DNA of 64,000 nucleotides from Malacoraja senta. Taxonomy: Eukaryota. Within the stretch, counting starts at the first letter, position 1. Every line of letters starts with the position of its first letter. The translations under genes were made by a program, and so were the position numbers. Location of the stretch: assembly GCA_038087875.1 (NCBI GenBank), contig CM075990.1:4962001-5026000 (forward strand). The letters run 5' to 3'. Below the pieces are notes generated by a model. It was not told the origin of the DNA. It made no database searches and saw nothing but the letters and a program-made list of their open reading frames with translations. This document shows, piece after piece, positions 1 through 13,598 of the stretch.

Positions 1-282
1 GTGGAGGTCATTTAAGACTGAGGTGAGCAAAAACGTTTTCACCCAGAGAGTTGTGAATTTATGGAATTCCCTGCCTCAGAGGGCAGTGGAGGCCAAATCA
101 CTGGATGGATTTAAGAGAGAGTTAGATAGAGCTCTAGGGGCTAGTGGAATCAAGGGATATGGGGAGAAGGGAGGCGCGGGTTATTGATAGAGGATGATCA
201 GCCATGATCACAATGAATGGCGGTGCTGGCTCGAAGGGCCGAATGGCCTCCTCCTGCATCTATTTTCTATGTTTCTATGTTT
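1..282 (+). mobile_element. CR1-type LINE 3' end
   Basis: ...FTQRVVNLWNSLPQRAVEA... followed by the 3' UTR and (tttctatg)n tail. Confidence 0.9.
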
Positions 283-1814
283 ACAAGTTGTGGAAAATAA
301 TTGATTGGTTTAGGCAAAAAGTGACCATAGGTAGGTCTACAATGACCTGAAGCTGCTCTCAATGACCAACCTTCCATTATGACCTCGGGAATGTGGATAA
401 TTGCTCACAATTTCACAAAGTTTAATACCGTTTGCAATTCATCAGATAATCTATCGGCTCATGCCTGAATGCAGCAAGACCTAGACAAAATACAGTCATG
501 GACTGATGTGTTGAGCAATTTTTACGGCACTCATGCCAACGAGAGAGAGAGAGAGAGCCTTGGCCACCTTCCCTCTACGTTCAATGGCATAAACAGACCT
601 CGGTTCCAACTGTTTGCAAGAATGAGTGCGCCTCTAAAATTCAAAGCTGAGCTCTTCCAAGACAAAGCAGCAAGGGACACCCACCCATGCTCTAAATCTA
701 GAACAGTACAGCACAAGGACAGGCTCTTTGTCTGACAATGTTCATGACAAACATGATGACAAGACCAATTCTTATCTGCCTGCACATTATCCATGGCCCT
801 CCATTTTCAGCATATCCATATGCCTATCTAAAGGTTTCTTAAATGCCTCTATTTTATCTATTAAATGCCACTATCATATCATAAACATTGAGTGCCTTTG
901 CCAGCGGGGCACTTTGCTGCACATTGTACCGTCCACATTACACAGGAGTTACCCAGCTGCCGTGTGGGAACGGTAACACTAGTTGCTTCACTTCCAAATC
1001 ACCCAGACACGGAAATATAGCATTGTTCCTTCATCATTGCTGGGTGAAAACCCTGGATCTCCTCATCCTTTACTAGAGAACTGCAATGGTTCCAGAAAGC
1101 AACTCTCCACCACTTAAGTGATAAAGACAGAGATTGCTGGAAACATGCAGGAGGTCAGGCAGCATCTGTGGGCAGGGAAACATTGACCATTTTAGGACCA
1201 GGAGCCTGTGATGTAGGGAATGGACTTGAATCATTAACATTGCAAGAGCTGACTTCCACTGAAGATTGCATCCCATAAATGAAAAAAACTAAAGACATTA
1301 AACAAGATGGGGTTGAATTCCTCATTAGTTTCAGCATTTAGGGAATAAAATCCAGTGCATCTGATCCAGACAGCTAGGAATTTATTAGATCCCAGATTCA
1401 ATTACATATTGTAAGAAACAAATAAACAAGGATTCTTCCAGACAAACTTGCAGATCAGCGGTCCAGAATAGGCAATCTGGTCTTTTTGTCCTCTTTTACT
1501 AAGGCTTTAATAGATCTAGGGTAGATGGAAGAGGAAAGCTTTTAAAGAAAAATGTACATTTTTAGAAGCACTGCAATATTTTTGGGGGGAGTGGGAAACT
1601 TAGATATTACTTTGGAGATACAACGTGTAAGACAGCAACTCTACCGCTGCGTCACTGTGCCGCCCCTTGCACCACTCTGCACAATGTATCGCAATGGATG
1701 AATCTGTATAAGGTTAATTTTACTGTGCAATAGCTCCACCTGTTGACTGAATGATGTTGCAAAAAAAAGCGCAGGTTGCATTTATATTAGTGTGCCTAAC
1801 TTGCAGTGAAGTGT

Positions 1815-2015
1815 TAAAGAAGGAACTGCAGATGCTGGAAAATCGAAGGTACAATAAAATGCTGGAGAAACTCAGCGGGTGCAGCAGCATCTATGGAGCG
1901 AAGGAAATGGGTAACGTTTCGGGCTGAAGAAGGGTTTCGGCCCGAAACGTTACCTATTTCCTTCGCTCCATAGATGCTGCTGCACCCGCTGAGTTTCTCC
2001 AGCATTTTTGTGTAC
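1815..2015. mobile_element. Inverted pair of Penelope-derived terminal repeats
   Basis: Fold-back arms around CTGAAGAAGGGTTTCGGCCCGAAACGTT (starting at 1924); 15-bp TSD cttgcagtgaagtgt at 1800-1814 and 2016-2030. Confidence 0.85.
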
Positions 2016-2129
2016 CTTGCAGTGAAGTGTCCTTGGCTGCTTGGTCAGAGAGCATTCAAACAGTTGATTGACTAAGCTACGCCACAAGATGTTGAGACAT
2101 TTGATGAAACGCTTGGACAAAGATACAGC

Positions 2130-2830
2130 TACTCATGAGTAAGGGCATTGAGAATTTGAAGTTGGGATGTTAAATTGCAGATGTACAAGAAATTGGTGAG
2201 GGTGCACTTGGAGAATTGTGTCCACCTACCTATAGGAAAAATGTGATCAAGCAGAAAAGTGCAAAAAAGATTTCTAAGGTGTTACCAGGATTCCAGAGAC
2301 TAAGATGTAGGGAGAGGCTGGGCAGACTAGGACTTTATTCCTTGGAGCGCGGATATCCTGAGCTTTTTCTGTTGCTTATTATGCTGTTCACAGAGTACTA
2401 TGTTTACATATTTGTTGTGCTGCTGCAAGTAAGAATTTCGTTGTTCCATTTGGGAACATGGCAATAAAACACATTTGACTCTTGACTGAGGAGTGATCTT
2501 ATGGAGTTGTATAAAATCATGAGGGGAGTGGATAGGGTAAATGCACAGAGTCTTTTACCCAGGATTGGGGAATCAACAACTGGAGAGCATAGGTTTAAGG
2601 TGAGATGGAAAAGATTTAGTAGGAACCTGAGGGTCAACTTTTTCACAGAGGGCGGTGGGTTTATGGATCGCGCTGCTGGAGACGTGGTTAAGGCAGGTGC
2701 ATTAACGACATTTAAAATAAGTTGGATAAGTGCATGGATGACCATATGAGACAAGTTTAGATCGGGCATCATGTTCTACATCACCAGTTGGACTAAAGGG
2801 CCGGTTTCCATGTTGTATGATTCTATGACT
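2130..2830 (+). mobile_element. Degenerate CR1-type LINE 3' fragment
   Basis: ERLGRLGLYSLE / ELYKIMRGVDRV motifs with stops and an insertion. Confidence 0.75.
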
Positions 2831-2984
2831 CCTGAGAAAGAAAAAAATGGATGTGGGAAATTGTTATACCTGATGTTGTAACCTTTGCAACTTGAGACAC
2901 GGGTATCATAAAAAATTGATGGTGGAGTCAGAGAGGCCATTCAGCCCATTATGTAGTGGAATGCCTAAGTTGCACTTTCTCGTA

Positions 2985-3503
2985 GATATAGAAACAGAAA
3001 ATAGGTGCAGGAGGAGGCCATTCGGCCTTTCGAGCCAGCACCGCCATTCATTGTGATCATGGCTAATCTTCCCCAATCAATAACCCGTGCCTGCCTTCTC
3101 CCCATATCCCTTGATTCCACTAGCCTCTAGAGCTCTATCTAACTCTCTCTTAAATCCATCCAGTGATTTGGCCTCCACTGCCCTCTGTGGCAGGGAATGT
3201 GGGTGAAAACGTTTTTTCTCACCTCAGTCTTAAATGGCCTCCCCTTTATTCTAAGACTGTGGCCCTTGGTTCTGGACTCGCCCAACATTGGGAACATTTT
3301 TCCTGCATCTAGCTTGTCCAGTCCTTTTATAATTGTATGTTTCTATAAGATCCCCCCTCATCCTTCTAAACTCCAGTGAATACAAGCCTAGTTTTTTCAA
3401 TCTTTCCTCATATGACGGTCCCGCCATCCCAGGGATGAATCTCGTGAACCTACGCTGCACTGCCTCAATCACAAGGATGTTCTTCCTCAAATTAGGAGAC
3501 CAA
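2985..3503 (-). mobile_element. CR1-type LINE 3' fragment (young subfamily)
   Basis: WSPNLRKNILVIEAVQRRFTR...; nearly identical to the copies at 1-282 and 48152-48738. Confidence 0.92.
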
Positions 3504-4461
3504 AATATATACCCATCCATTGGTTAAATCTCTGATCATTCCACCCTTTAGTTTGTATTATTTCTCCTTGTTCCATCTGCCAAAATATATTACTTCAAAA
3601 TTCCTCATGAGTACCTCTTTGGCCACTTGAGCAAAGCACTCAGTGCTGGAACAACTCAGGCAGGCGGACAGCATATATGGAGGGAATGGACAGGTGATGT
3701 GTACACATCTTTGCTGTTTACTTGAATTATTTCTGCACATAATATATAGAAAGCATTGAAATAGTAACTGAAAAAATGTACACACATTGAACGTGGGAAA
3801 AAAAATTGTTTGTAAGATTGTACAATCGTTTTTTGTGCAGAAATGTCCTTCAACTAAATATGAAAACAATCAAAACCATTGCATTGCGCCTGCCCCCAAA
3901 TATATTTGTTAGATTCCAATTTAATGTCTTTCTTAGCTGGAATCCTTTGGAAACCTTTTATTTCATGTCCATTTCAAGAGGGACATGGCTGTTTGATGCC
4001 ATATGATAGATGTAGCTTCCGAGAATGCAGCAGTTCTTGGTGCTTCAACTATCAGCTTCATTGTGTTGAAACAAGGAACTGCAGTTGCTGGTTTTCAAAA
4101 ATAGTAAAGACAAAGTGTTGGAGTAACTCAGCGGGTCAGGCAGCATCCCTGGAGAACCTGGATGGGGGATGTTTGAGGTTAGGACCCTTCTTCAGACTGA
4201 TTGAATTAATTGTGTGTTTAGTTACTGCTGTGAGATTGACATGAAACCTTCTAACTTTCTTAAGGTCTTAAGATGCCCTAGATCTTGGAGTTGTACAGAT
4301 AAGGAAAAGACAGTTAGCCGTTGCAGCACGCCCTTGTCTCAAAATCTGTTTTGTAGGTATGAATGATCTTTTGAGGAATGTCTTAACTGACATGCTGTTT
4401 TTTGAGCTCCTAATTGGGACCCTTCCTCCATATCTGCCATTCTTGTCCATAATGTTTTTAG

Positions 4462-4632
4462 GAAGGCTGCGATAAAAAGGAAGATGGGGTCCAGTTGCTT
4501 CTTGAGATGTTTCCATCCTGCAGCGTATCCACCATGCAGCATGTTCTCTCCATGGCTAAAGGCAACCTGGATTATGCTGTGCAGCTGATAATGGAAGGGG
4601 CAGTGGAGGAGCCTGACACAGCACCTTCAGAG
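4462..4632 (+). CDS. CUEDC2: CUE domain-containing protein 2, internal coding exon (CUE domain)
   Basis: tttttag acceptor and GTGAGT donor; 171 nt, EGCDKKEDGVQLLLEMFPSCSVSTMQHVLSMAKGNLDYAVQLIMEG..., resembling the CUE domain of human CUEDC2 (GVDVLLEVFPTCS...AKARGDLEEAVQML). Upstream exons not identified in the window. Confidence 0.9.
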
Positions 4633-5239
4633 GTGAGTCCATCAAGTGTATGAACAGGCAACGTTGGTAATAATTTATCTTTTGTGTGCATGATAAGAAC
4701 GCTCCTGATGATCACTTCTGACCATAGCTGATCTGCAGTGCAGTACTCAAAATGCTGTACCCTGTTAAAGATGTCTTGGATTTCAAAAAAAGTCTTAAAG
4801 GTGCTAGTGTTTAAAACGACAAAATTCCGGAGCTCTTGTCGATACTTGACCTTCAGATGACATGTAAAATAGATCTTTCTATGAACCTTGCTGGCTTTAA
4901 ACTGATCCAAGTGGTTGCTCCTGCTTGATGCACACAACAACAATGTGTCTATCTTCAGTTTAAACCAGCATCTGCAGTTCCTTCCAACACCAGCAATATA
5001 TAATATTCTGCATAGATAACCATCCCGAGTGGTGCAAATCCCTCTGTGTCACTCAATAAGCAGCTGATAGGGAGCTTCTTGGAACTTCTTGATGACATCA
5101 ACAGTTCACTCTGAGCCTGTCTAAAAGTAACAATGTATACATAAAATCTATATGGAGTAGTGGATATATCATGTTCAGTCCTAATGTGCAGCAGGTTCCA
5201 TGATGCATTATTAGTGTGAAACCCTTCTCTTTATTTCAG

Positions 5240-5289
5240 GAAATAGAGCCAAAAACAGATAAGAAGATCAAAGCCAACATCTTGGAAAA
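5240..5289 (+). CDS. CUEDC2: CUEDC2 internal coding exon
   Basis: tttcag acceptor and GTAAGC donor; EIEPKTDKKIKANILE(K), phase 0 to phase 2; corresponds to human ...KDELKSFILQK. Confidence 0.85.
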
Positions 5290-5932
5290 GTAAGCATTGT
5301 CCCTTGAAAGCTTGCGTTATATTGTTGGAACAAAGGTAGGAGAAAAAAAGTAATGACTTGAAGTTGATCTGATGTCGGGATTCTGCCACAGCTCAGAGTG
5401 ATTAGAGAGTGGAGCTTAATTTAAGTAGCTGAAGTAAGATCTATTTGTGTATAATGGGTGCCATAGAACCTCTGTAATAATAATGTATGATTGCTACGGT
5501 AAATGTTCCTTCAGTATTGAACTCTGAGGTCTCATTGCATCATGTGAGAGCACATTTACAATGAACCAGGAGTTAAATGGGAAGATGTACAATACATAGC
5601 TGGGCGACAGCATGTTAATTATGAGTTATCTCTTTTATTGGAGACCCTTTCACTGAATTTATTGAAGGAAGTGATGTGCTTCAACATCTAAAACGTTAAC
5701 CGAAGGAGCTTTATTATATTTCTAGCACTTGATTAATTTAAGACGTATTACAATTATTTTTATAGTTGTAGTACACACATTTGTGTAAAATAATTAAAAT
5801 GTTACTACACACAATTAAATCGGTCCTAAATTTCAACTGTTTCTATTGAATGTCTTTTGTGAGAATTCTGTATGTTTGTGTAAATCCTGTTATTCATCCT
5901 GTTAAAAATGAGCATTTTGAATGTTCTTTCAG

Positions 5933-5993
5933 ATATATGATGGTGGATGACGAGGAGGATGTCAAAACTCACAAGCCCATCGCACCTAAAGCA
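5933..5993 (+). CDS. CUEDC2: CUEDC2 penultimate coding exon
   Basis: tttcag acceptor and GTAAGA donor; (K)YMMVDDEEDVKTHKPIAPKA vs human [20 protein letters not shown]; phases match the neighbouring exons. Confidence 0.93.
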
Positions 5994-6811
5994 GTAAGAT
6001 GTTACGTGGAATCTGACCAAATTCATGAAAGTTTTCCGACACCTTTTGATAAACGGAAGGATCGTGAAATAACAAATGACTATCACAGGTTATGCACAAA
6101 AACTGTACAACCCAGTGGATAATAACCTGGGGGAAAGTGTTTCTCATTATAGTTGGACTTAGACTGCACTAACTAGTGGAATGGACCAAGGGCAAGCCCT
6201 CACTTGACTAATATGAATTTTCTATTTTTCACTCGAAACAGTTGATTTTCAGTGAGTATTGTATTTTGTGTAATTTTGGTTTAAGCTTGTGCCTATTTGA
6301 AATTGTCTATCTTAACAAGAAATCTTCATCTCAACATTGAGGTAAAGATTTCACCTCCAGCATGCGCCTTGTGTTCATTCCACTAGTTACTGCAAGCTTG
6401 GTCCAGCCATAATGAGAACATTTTTATCCAGGAATTATCTGCAGTTGAACAGCTTTTTTATATCCTGCGACTAGTAAATCAGTTATTTCACAATCCTCCT
6501 GTCGTTCTCTCAGATCCAAATTTTATCCATCTTGGGAATTTAAATCTTTACTCCTCTATTCCATTTTCATAACATTTGGAGACCAACAGTGATGACTGTG
6601 TGGCTACACAGCCCATTGATGAGCTGAATGACTTCCTTGGCTGGAAATCTGGCGTAAACATGAGGGGAAGATTCACTTGGTCCCCAACCAAACAAACCCC
6701 ATCTTTACCCCATTTAGTCTACCTATTGTTGGCTCAGTCATAGCTAGTCAGCTATTGCAACTTTATCGGCATAAATTTTTCATAGGCTGTTATTGGTAGA
6801 ATATTGAATTT

Positions 6812-7123
6812 GAGTTTAGAGATACAGTGCGGAAACAGGCCCTTCAACCCATCGGGTCTACGCCGGCCAGCGATCCCCGCATTTTAACACTATCCTACAC
6901 ACACTAGGGACATTTTTAAAATACATTTACCAAGCCAATTTACCTACATACCTGTACGTCTTTGGAGTGTGAGAGGAAAGCGAAGATCTCGGAGAAAACC
7001 CACGCGGTCACGGGGCGAACATACAAACTCCGAACAGATAGCACCCTTAGTTGGGATTGAACCCAGGTCTCCAGCACCGCAAGTGCTGTAAGGCAGCAAC
7101 TCTACCGCTGCGCCACCGTACCG
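6812..7123 (-). mobile_element. tRNA-derived V-SINE (HE1-like)
   Basis: A box GTGGCGCAGCGGTAGAG, B box GGTTCAATCC, central V-domain-like segment and a LINE-type tail. Confidence 0.85.
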
Positions 7124-7195
7124 TGAATGATGGTGAGCATTCGCCATAAGAAAGATCTATAATTTAATATACTTGTGTTGTCTGTTTCTTAATAG

Positions 7196-7342
7196 CCTCC
7201 CAAAAAGATGATTCGATACATAGACAACCAGGTAGTGAGCACAAAGGGTGAACGTTATACCGAAGTGAAGAAAACTGAAAATGATGAGATGAAGAAAACT
7301 TACACCAATCTTAAACCAGCCAGAAAATATAAATTTCACTGA
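7196..7342 (+). CDS. CUEDC2: CUEDC2 last coding exon
   Basis: [48 protein letters not shown], closely matching the human C-terminus ([20 protein letters not shown]...[11 protein letters not shown]). Confidence 0.96.
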   Translation, partial: PPKKMIRYIDNQVVSTKGERYTEVKKTENDEMKKTYTNLKPARKYKFH

Positions 7343-7701
7343 GATGCTGGTTGAATATTTCTTGATCATTTGTTATTCTAGTATGTCGATGTTGATTTTT
7401 ATCTCCACTTCCATTGAATTGAGCACACTCAAAAATTATTCCGGTCTTTCCTTCATTAACTCGGTAATGGTTAGGTGGAAGTGGGAGGCAGGAAGAAGTA
7501 TTATATGCTGCTTTCCTGCAGCACATGAAACAAATTCGAACATCAGTTCCCATCAAATCTCAGAGATGTTTTCTCCCCATTTATTGCACTATTGTGTAGT
7601 ACTGAGCTGCTGGTCTTTGGATTCTGCTTCTGGTATCAATCGATACATGGCAACATTATTATACCACTAAATACATCACTGTGCTGAAGATTCATTGTCT
7701 A

Positions 7702-7707
7702 AATAAA
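7702..7707 (+). promoter_or_regulatory. Candidate polyadenylation signal of CUEDC2
   Basis: AATAAA about 360 nt after the stop codon, followed by GT/T-rich sequence. Confidence 0.45.
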
Positions 7708-10700
7708 GTGTTTATTTAAATGTAATTTAATTTGACAACTTTAATATCTGTCATGGTTAAAAAGGTAAAACCTTTTACTTCGGAGCTTGAAATGTGAGTG
7801 AGAATATTTAAAATATTCTGTGGTCTTGTGACCACAAACTGAACCGGCCCTGTCTAAACATTAACAGGGACTAGTGCTTCACAGTATCCTTGCAGGGAAG
7901 ATACTGTGCTCATATTGCATGCCAGGTGAGGGAAGTTCCAATATGTTTCTGTGACCAGTTGTGCATCTTAAAGGGACCCAGCAGTCTTTTTATAAAGGAC
8001 ATCAAATCTCATCCCTTCTGTGTGAACTCATCGATTATGCTTAGTTATGTGAAGTTGAACTAATCTGCTAATATTTTTCTTCAAAATAATTGGTACACTT
8101 TTTAAAAATTATTTTATATTGCTTGGTCTAAAATCAGGTTTTTGTTAATAGACATAATTATCAGCGAAATAATGGTGATAATACCTCAGTAGCCTCACAG
8201 ATGTTCTAAATAGATGAACTGATTAAAAATGGCTAAACTATCTTCAGATCTGTTCCTCTAAAGCTTGTTCATAAACGCATGGTAGTTTTATAGCATTTTA
8301 CAAATTAACGTTTAATCACATTGTCTGTTAATGTGGTGACATTTTAAGTGCAGATTCCCAAACCTCAGGATGGATGCATTCTCATTTAAAGTAAATCTCC
8401 TACGTGTCGTACTGAATCACTGTATCTGCCTGCAAAATGTAGCAAAATATAAATTACACCTGTCATTGTATTTGTTTATGCAGGCATATGACATTGTCCT
8501 TTGATGCTACAATCTTTAAATGTAGTGATGCTTTTAAACAATAAATTGCTTTTTTACTTCTCAATTACTGATGAGTACTACTGCCAGAAATGTGTAAAGC
8601 TATTCAGTGTGGGTATTTTCCACTTCCAAAGAGTGATTCATAAATATACAATTCAAAATAAATATGTTGATTGTTACGAAAAGTTGGACTGGGAGACACA
8701 TTCAGCTATTATGGCCAAAATGGGAAGCATGATAATCGGAAAGATGGTTCTGCTCAGAGATTGACGATATGTCCACAAAATATAATCACTGCTTCATTTA
8801 CCCAACACCCATGGATTTGTACAAAGGGCTAAATACATGGAGCACAAACAACACATTGAAGAAGGGAAAACTGTTCTGTTGGGAAAAGCTCCCATTAACC
8901 AAACTCTTCCTGATGTTATGTGCAGATTTCAGTTTAGGACGTTAAGGATGGGTATGTTTTATAACCTGCAGGCAGTGACTATATCGTTAAAATTGGAGTT
9001 TAATGAAAGAAATCAGACATTTTGTTTCATCGGCAAATCCCATCAGCAATATTAAAACTTGTTCATAAAATGCAATTGGGGGAATGGGATAATTTTGATT
9101 GGTGTAATTAGATTTGATCATTAATTTACATTGTAGGTTACCTGCAAAAAAAGAATAAAACAGAATTTTGCATGGTCATCTGGTCTGGATTGAGAAAATA
9201 GGTTAAATGGTTGGGAAATGGATGGAGAATTGCAAACATCTAATTTTCATTTCCCAATTGTACATTCTATTGAGAAATTAAAACTATAGCATCCATTTAT
9301 CTAAATTGATCCATTTATATTACAGTAGGAGACGGACAACATCTTAGCAACATTGCTAGAAGTTGAGGAAATGTTAGCTGATTAGAAATATGTATTAGGC
9401 AGAACTGATATTGTTTTCATGTAGAAACGGGGAACTGCAGATGCTGGTTTACACAAAAGGACACACATTTCTGGAATTTTTAAGACTGAGGAATGGTCCT
9501 GACTCAAAACATCACCTATCCATGTTCTCCAGAGATGGGCACAAACTGCTGGAGTAACTCAGTGCGTCAGGCACCATCTTTGCAGAAAAGGGATGGGTAA
9601 CGTTTCAGGTCAGGACCCTTCTTCAGACTGAAAGGGACATTCTTCAGAGATGCTGCTTGACCCACTGAGCTACTCCAGCACTTTATGTCCTTCTGAAATT
9701 GTTCCCGATTGGGACAGTTTTTTGAGGATGACTAACAGTTGTGAGAATTTACCAGCCTCCTGAAGCTTCTGACTTGGAGGGATTTTTTTTGGGGGGGGTC
9801 AATCTACCTTCTTATAACTCCAGTCTTTATATGGTCCACAACCTTCTGATGTAGCTACTGAATAAATGGTGCGAGACTTGGTAATGGTTTTGATGTTGAA
9901 TGTCTAGGATAGATGATTGGACAGTCTGGAGGTGGTGACTGGATTGGATGTTTGCCAAATTTTCCACGCGTGAACATTTAATGTTCTGTTGCATCCGATC
10001 AGGAACTGTTCCCCAAGGGTTGTGCAATCAATGGCAAACATCCAATCTTTTGACATCACCATGCCAGGGTGATTGATGCTTCAGCTGAAGATAGTTAGGA
10101 CTAATTGTGCTGCCTGTAGAGATATCCTAGAAATGTCGAGGTCAATGACGCAGGAAATCATGGGGTCAGTACCAGTCCAAAAAGTTATTTCGCTATTTAT
10201 AAACTTATATCTAAGGACTTTAAGACTCAGATCTGAAATCTGAAGCACCAAGCAATGTGCTGGAGATACTCAGCAAGTTGAACAGAATCTGTGGAGGGAA
10301 AGGAATTGTCAATATTTTGGCTGAAAAACCACCATCAGGACCAAGAGCGAATAGCCAGTATAATGAAGAAAAGGGGAGTTGGGAGACACACCAGAGGGCG
10401 ATTGGTGGATCGAGGACGGGTGAAGACTGGGAGATACTCAGTTGGTCAGGCAGCATCCGTGAAGGTATGTTTCAGATCGAAACCCTTCATCTGGAGGGGT
10501 GAAGGATGACAGGCAGCGCAAGCCAGATAGGGGAGGGGTGAAGTGGGGAGACAGGCAAGTGGGTGATGGGTTAGGTGAAGGTGGAGACAGCTAGATGAAT
10601 GGTAAGCAGGAACACAAAATGACCAGTGCTGAAATCTGTTAAGGATGGAAGCAGAAAACAAGATCTATTAGGGGAGAGGCAGATTGAGTGGGCGGAGGGG

Positions 10701-13227
10701 GAGAGGGACAAAAAAGGTGGGCTTGGAGGGGAGAAAAGAGGAAACCCACATGGTCATAAGGAGAACGTACAAACTCCACACAGCTAGCACCCGAGGTCAG
10801 GATTGAACACTGGTCTCTGTCAGCTGTGCCACTGTGCTAATTCAGTCCATATTTGGTTCAAAGCTGGAATGAAGTTAAGAAGCAAATGTTTCTTGCAAAG
10901 CCCCCACTGAGCATAAGTCTAGAGAACACAATTAACATACGAGTGCTGCGAGCAATCAGGAAGACAGACATTACATTGATCTTTATTGCAAGGGATTAGG
11001 GATACATTCATAACAACATTTTTATGCGACTAGACTTTTAGCAAGACTGCGGTTTGGGGTCCAGAACACAAGGACAAACCCGTCTCAGAAACAGTGCAAA
11101 ACGGTCTGGTTACTTGACTTCAGGGTTGAGGTTACCAGAAGAGACATTTGAGTATTGAACCCATAGCAATATTCAGACAATTCTTAAATGAAACATTGGG
11201 CTTGACAGTGGATGCTGAGAAATGTTCTATCTAGAGAGTCTAGAACTAGGAGGCATGAGGCATAGTATAACCAGTCAGCCATCTGGGCTGAGACAAGCAG
11301 ACATTTCTTCACTAGGGATTATGAACCTTTGGAATTCTGTACAGGAGAGCACACTAGATGTTCAGGCAATATGCATATATAAGACTGAGATCAGTGTGCC
11401 TTCAGGAGTCAAGAAAATTAAGGGGTATGTATATCAGAAGTGAAAGTGAATGCAGCCAAGGATCAGCTATGCTCATACTGAGTAGTGGAACAAAGTGAAG
11501 GAACCATGTTCTCACCTTTGCTATTTTGTCACGTGGTCAAATGAAGCAGGTCATTTGTGCACATCAAACAACGACCAGTTAACCTTGTTGAGGGATATAG
11601 ACATCTGACGAAATATAATCTCCCTTGAATATTGCTGGTGAATTACTAACTTCATCCAGAGGGTGAAGGACTTCAGTTCAACACCTTATTGAAATGCACC
11701 CTACATCACCCTTCAACACTACTTTAAGCTTAGTTTATGTTTTTAGATGTTGGAATAGGGCTTATTTCACAATTTATTTTAAAATCGAGGCTGTCAGTAC
11801 GCTCATTAGAACAAATGTTTGCGTTATAAGTGCAATACAATAAATTAAAAATGAAAGATTAAAATTAAACATAGATACATGGGCCAGGCATACAAGTATC
11901 ATAGGATTGTATGCCTAGGCTGGATGTTACCACGCAAGTACAAGTAATGAGGGCCTCATTACCATGTATGTACAAGTGATGAGATTTCAGATTTCCAGCA
12001 TCTGTAGTTTTTGGTTTTCTTTTACAGAGTTGGGATTGCCGGGATTGTTCTCCTCAGGCTTGAGGTTAAAAAGGAAATTTAACTGAGGCATTCAAAATAA
12101 TCAGACACTGTTTTCACCAGCATGTTCATCAAGAACTAGAGCTACAGGATAAAAAGAACCAAAAGTGAGATTAAAAATAACTTCAAGGAGGGAATTATGA
12201 TGTGGAATTCTTAGCATGAAAGAGTATTGAAAATCAATTCAATAAAGACCCAATCCTCATTTGGATGTATTAAATAAAACTACAGTACTGGGAGGAATGG
12301 GCCTAAATGAATGGTTCTTTAATCCATCCAAATGACGGACACCAGCGCTGTATGATTTATGAGACTGTATGAAGAGTTGGCAGGAAACCAAAAGCTGCTT
12401 GATGCTGCTTGAAAGCTGGGAGGCCATGTATAGTTTTGTGCAGAGATAAAGATGTAGATTTGTGTAGGAACGAACATCAGATTCTGAAGAAGGGTCTCAA
12501 CCCGAAACGTCGCCAATTCCTTCTCTCCATAGATGCTGCCTCACCCGCTGAGTTTCCCCAGTATTTTTTTGTCTACCATCAGATTCCTTATGCATATTTG
12601 CTGTAGATCTAGATTTGCTGGGATGCTACAAGGCATCAGCAATTGCAAACTTATTAGAGTTGTGGTCAAACAGAGCAGTGAATATTAAAGAAAAACTGAC
12701 TGGTGATGCAAGTTTTGATGGTGTAATCAAAAAGTCAAAAAAGAACCTGGTCAAAAAGAACTTGAAGTATATAATCAATGGGTAAGAAGGAACTGCACAT
12801 GCTGGTTTAAACCGAAGATAGACACAAAAAGCTGGAGTAGCTCAGCGGGACAGGCAGCATCTCTGGAGAGAAAGTATGGGTGACGTTTCGGGTCGAGACC
12901 CTTCTTGATTGTCAAAGTTTAGTTCTATTCCAAATCTTGAAATCATCAAGCTTATTGATGGTGTTATCTCCCTCATATCCTCCCCTTGGTTAATGTGGTT
13001 GCCACTTTCTTCTTCCACATGTCAATGGCGATTCACTGTTAACATCAACACTCTCAGAACTCTGCTCAAGCCACGAGCAGTAATCTGCCTTGTTCCCACT
13101 TCTGGTGCAGTGTACAACTACACAGCAACATGGCCACTATCATCACCTCACACTTCAAAAAAATACGATACTAACTATAAGTTAACAGTAGTGATTCAGT
13201 GCAATGACAAGCCAGGTTGAAACCTAT

Positions 13228-13233
13228 TTTATT
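13228..13233 (-). promoter_or_regulatory. Candidate polyadenylation signal of FBXL15
   Basis: AATAAA on the minus strand about 175 nt downstream of the stop codon. Confidence 0.45.
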
Positions 13234-13408
13234 TTAATGCCACATTGAGGAGTAAATGATTGGAATTTCATTACTGGAAGTTTGACTAAGGAGCATCGAG
13301 TCACTCATGAAATACTATACAACTATTTTAATATAAGTTACGTAACTACAAGAGTGAAGTGCAATTGTGTCATACCTATGGATAAACAGTTTACCACAAT
13401 ATTTCTCT

Positions 13409-13598
13409 TCAAATCTGGAGGTTGATATACGGAGCAAAGCCCACAACATCCTGCAGAAGTACCAGTGCCCGTTGCAAGGGAGGTTCTACATCAATGTCCA
13501 CTCCCTTCTTACGCAAAACCTCTAAGCATCCTTCAGTGATGTTGTGGCAGTGGTTCACTTTCAACGAGCTGAGCTTTGTGCAATACTCTGCAACTGTC
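13409..13598 (-). CDS. FBXL15: FBXL15 last coding exon
   Basis: (R)[62 protein letters not shown] vs human ...[31 protein letters not shown]. Confidence 0.97.

Noticed and set aside
469..1130. Short ORFs near the start of the window
   Set aside because: Degraded LINE RT remnant (QQDLDKIQSW) and repeat-derived sequence, not host genes
1196..1278. Possible additional CUEDC2 exon after tttag
   Set aside because: All three frames reach stop codons and I see no similarity to CUEDC2
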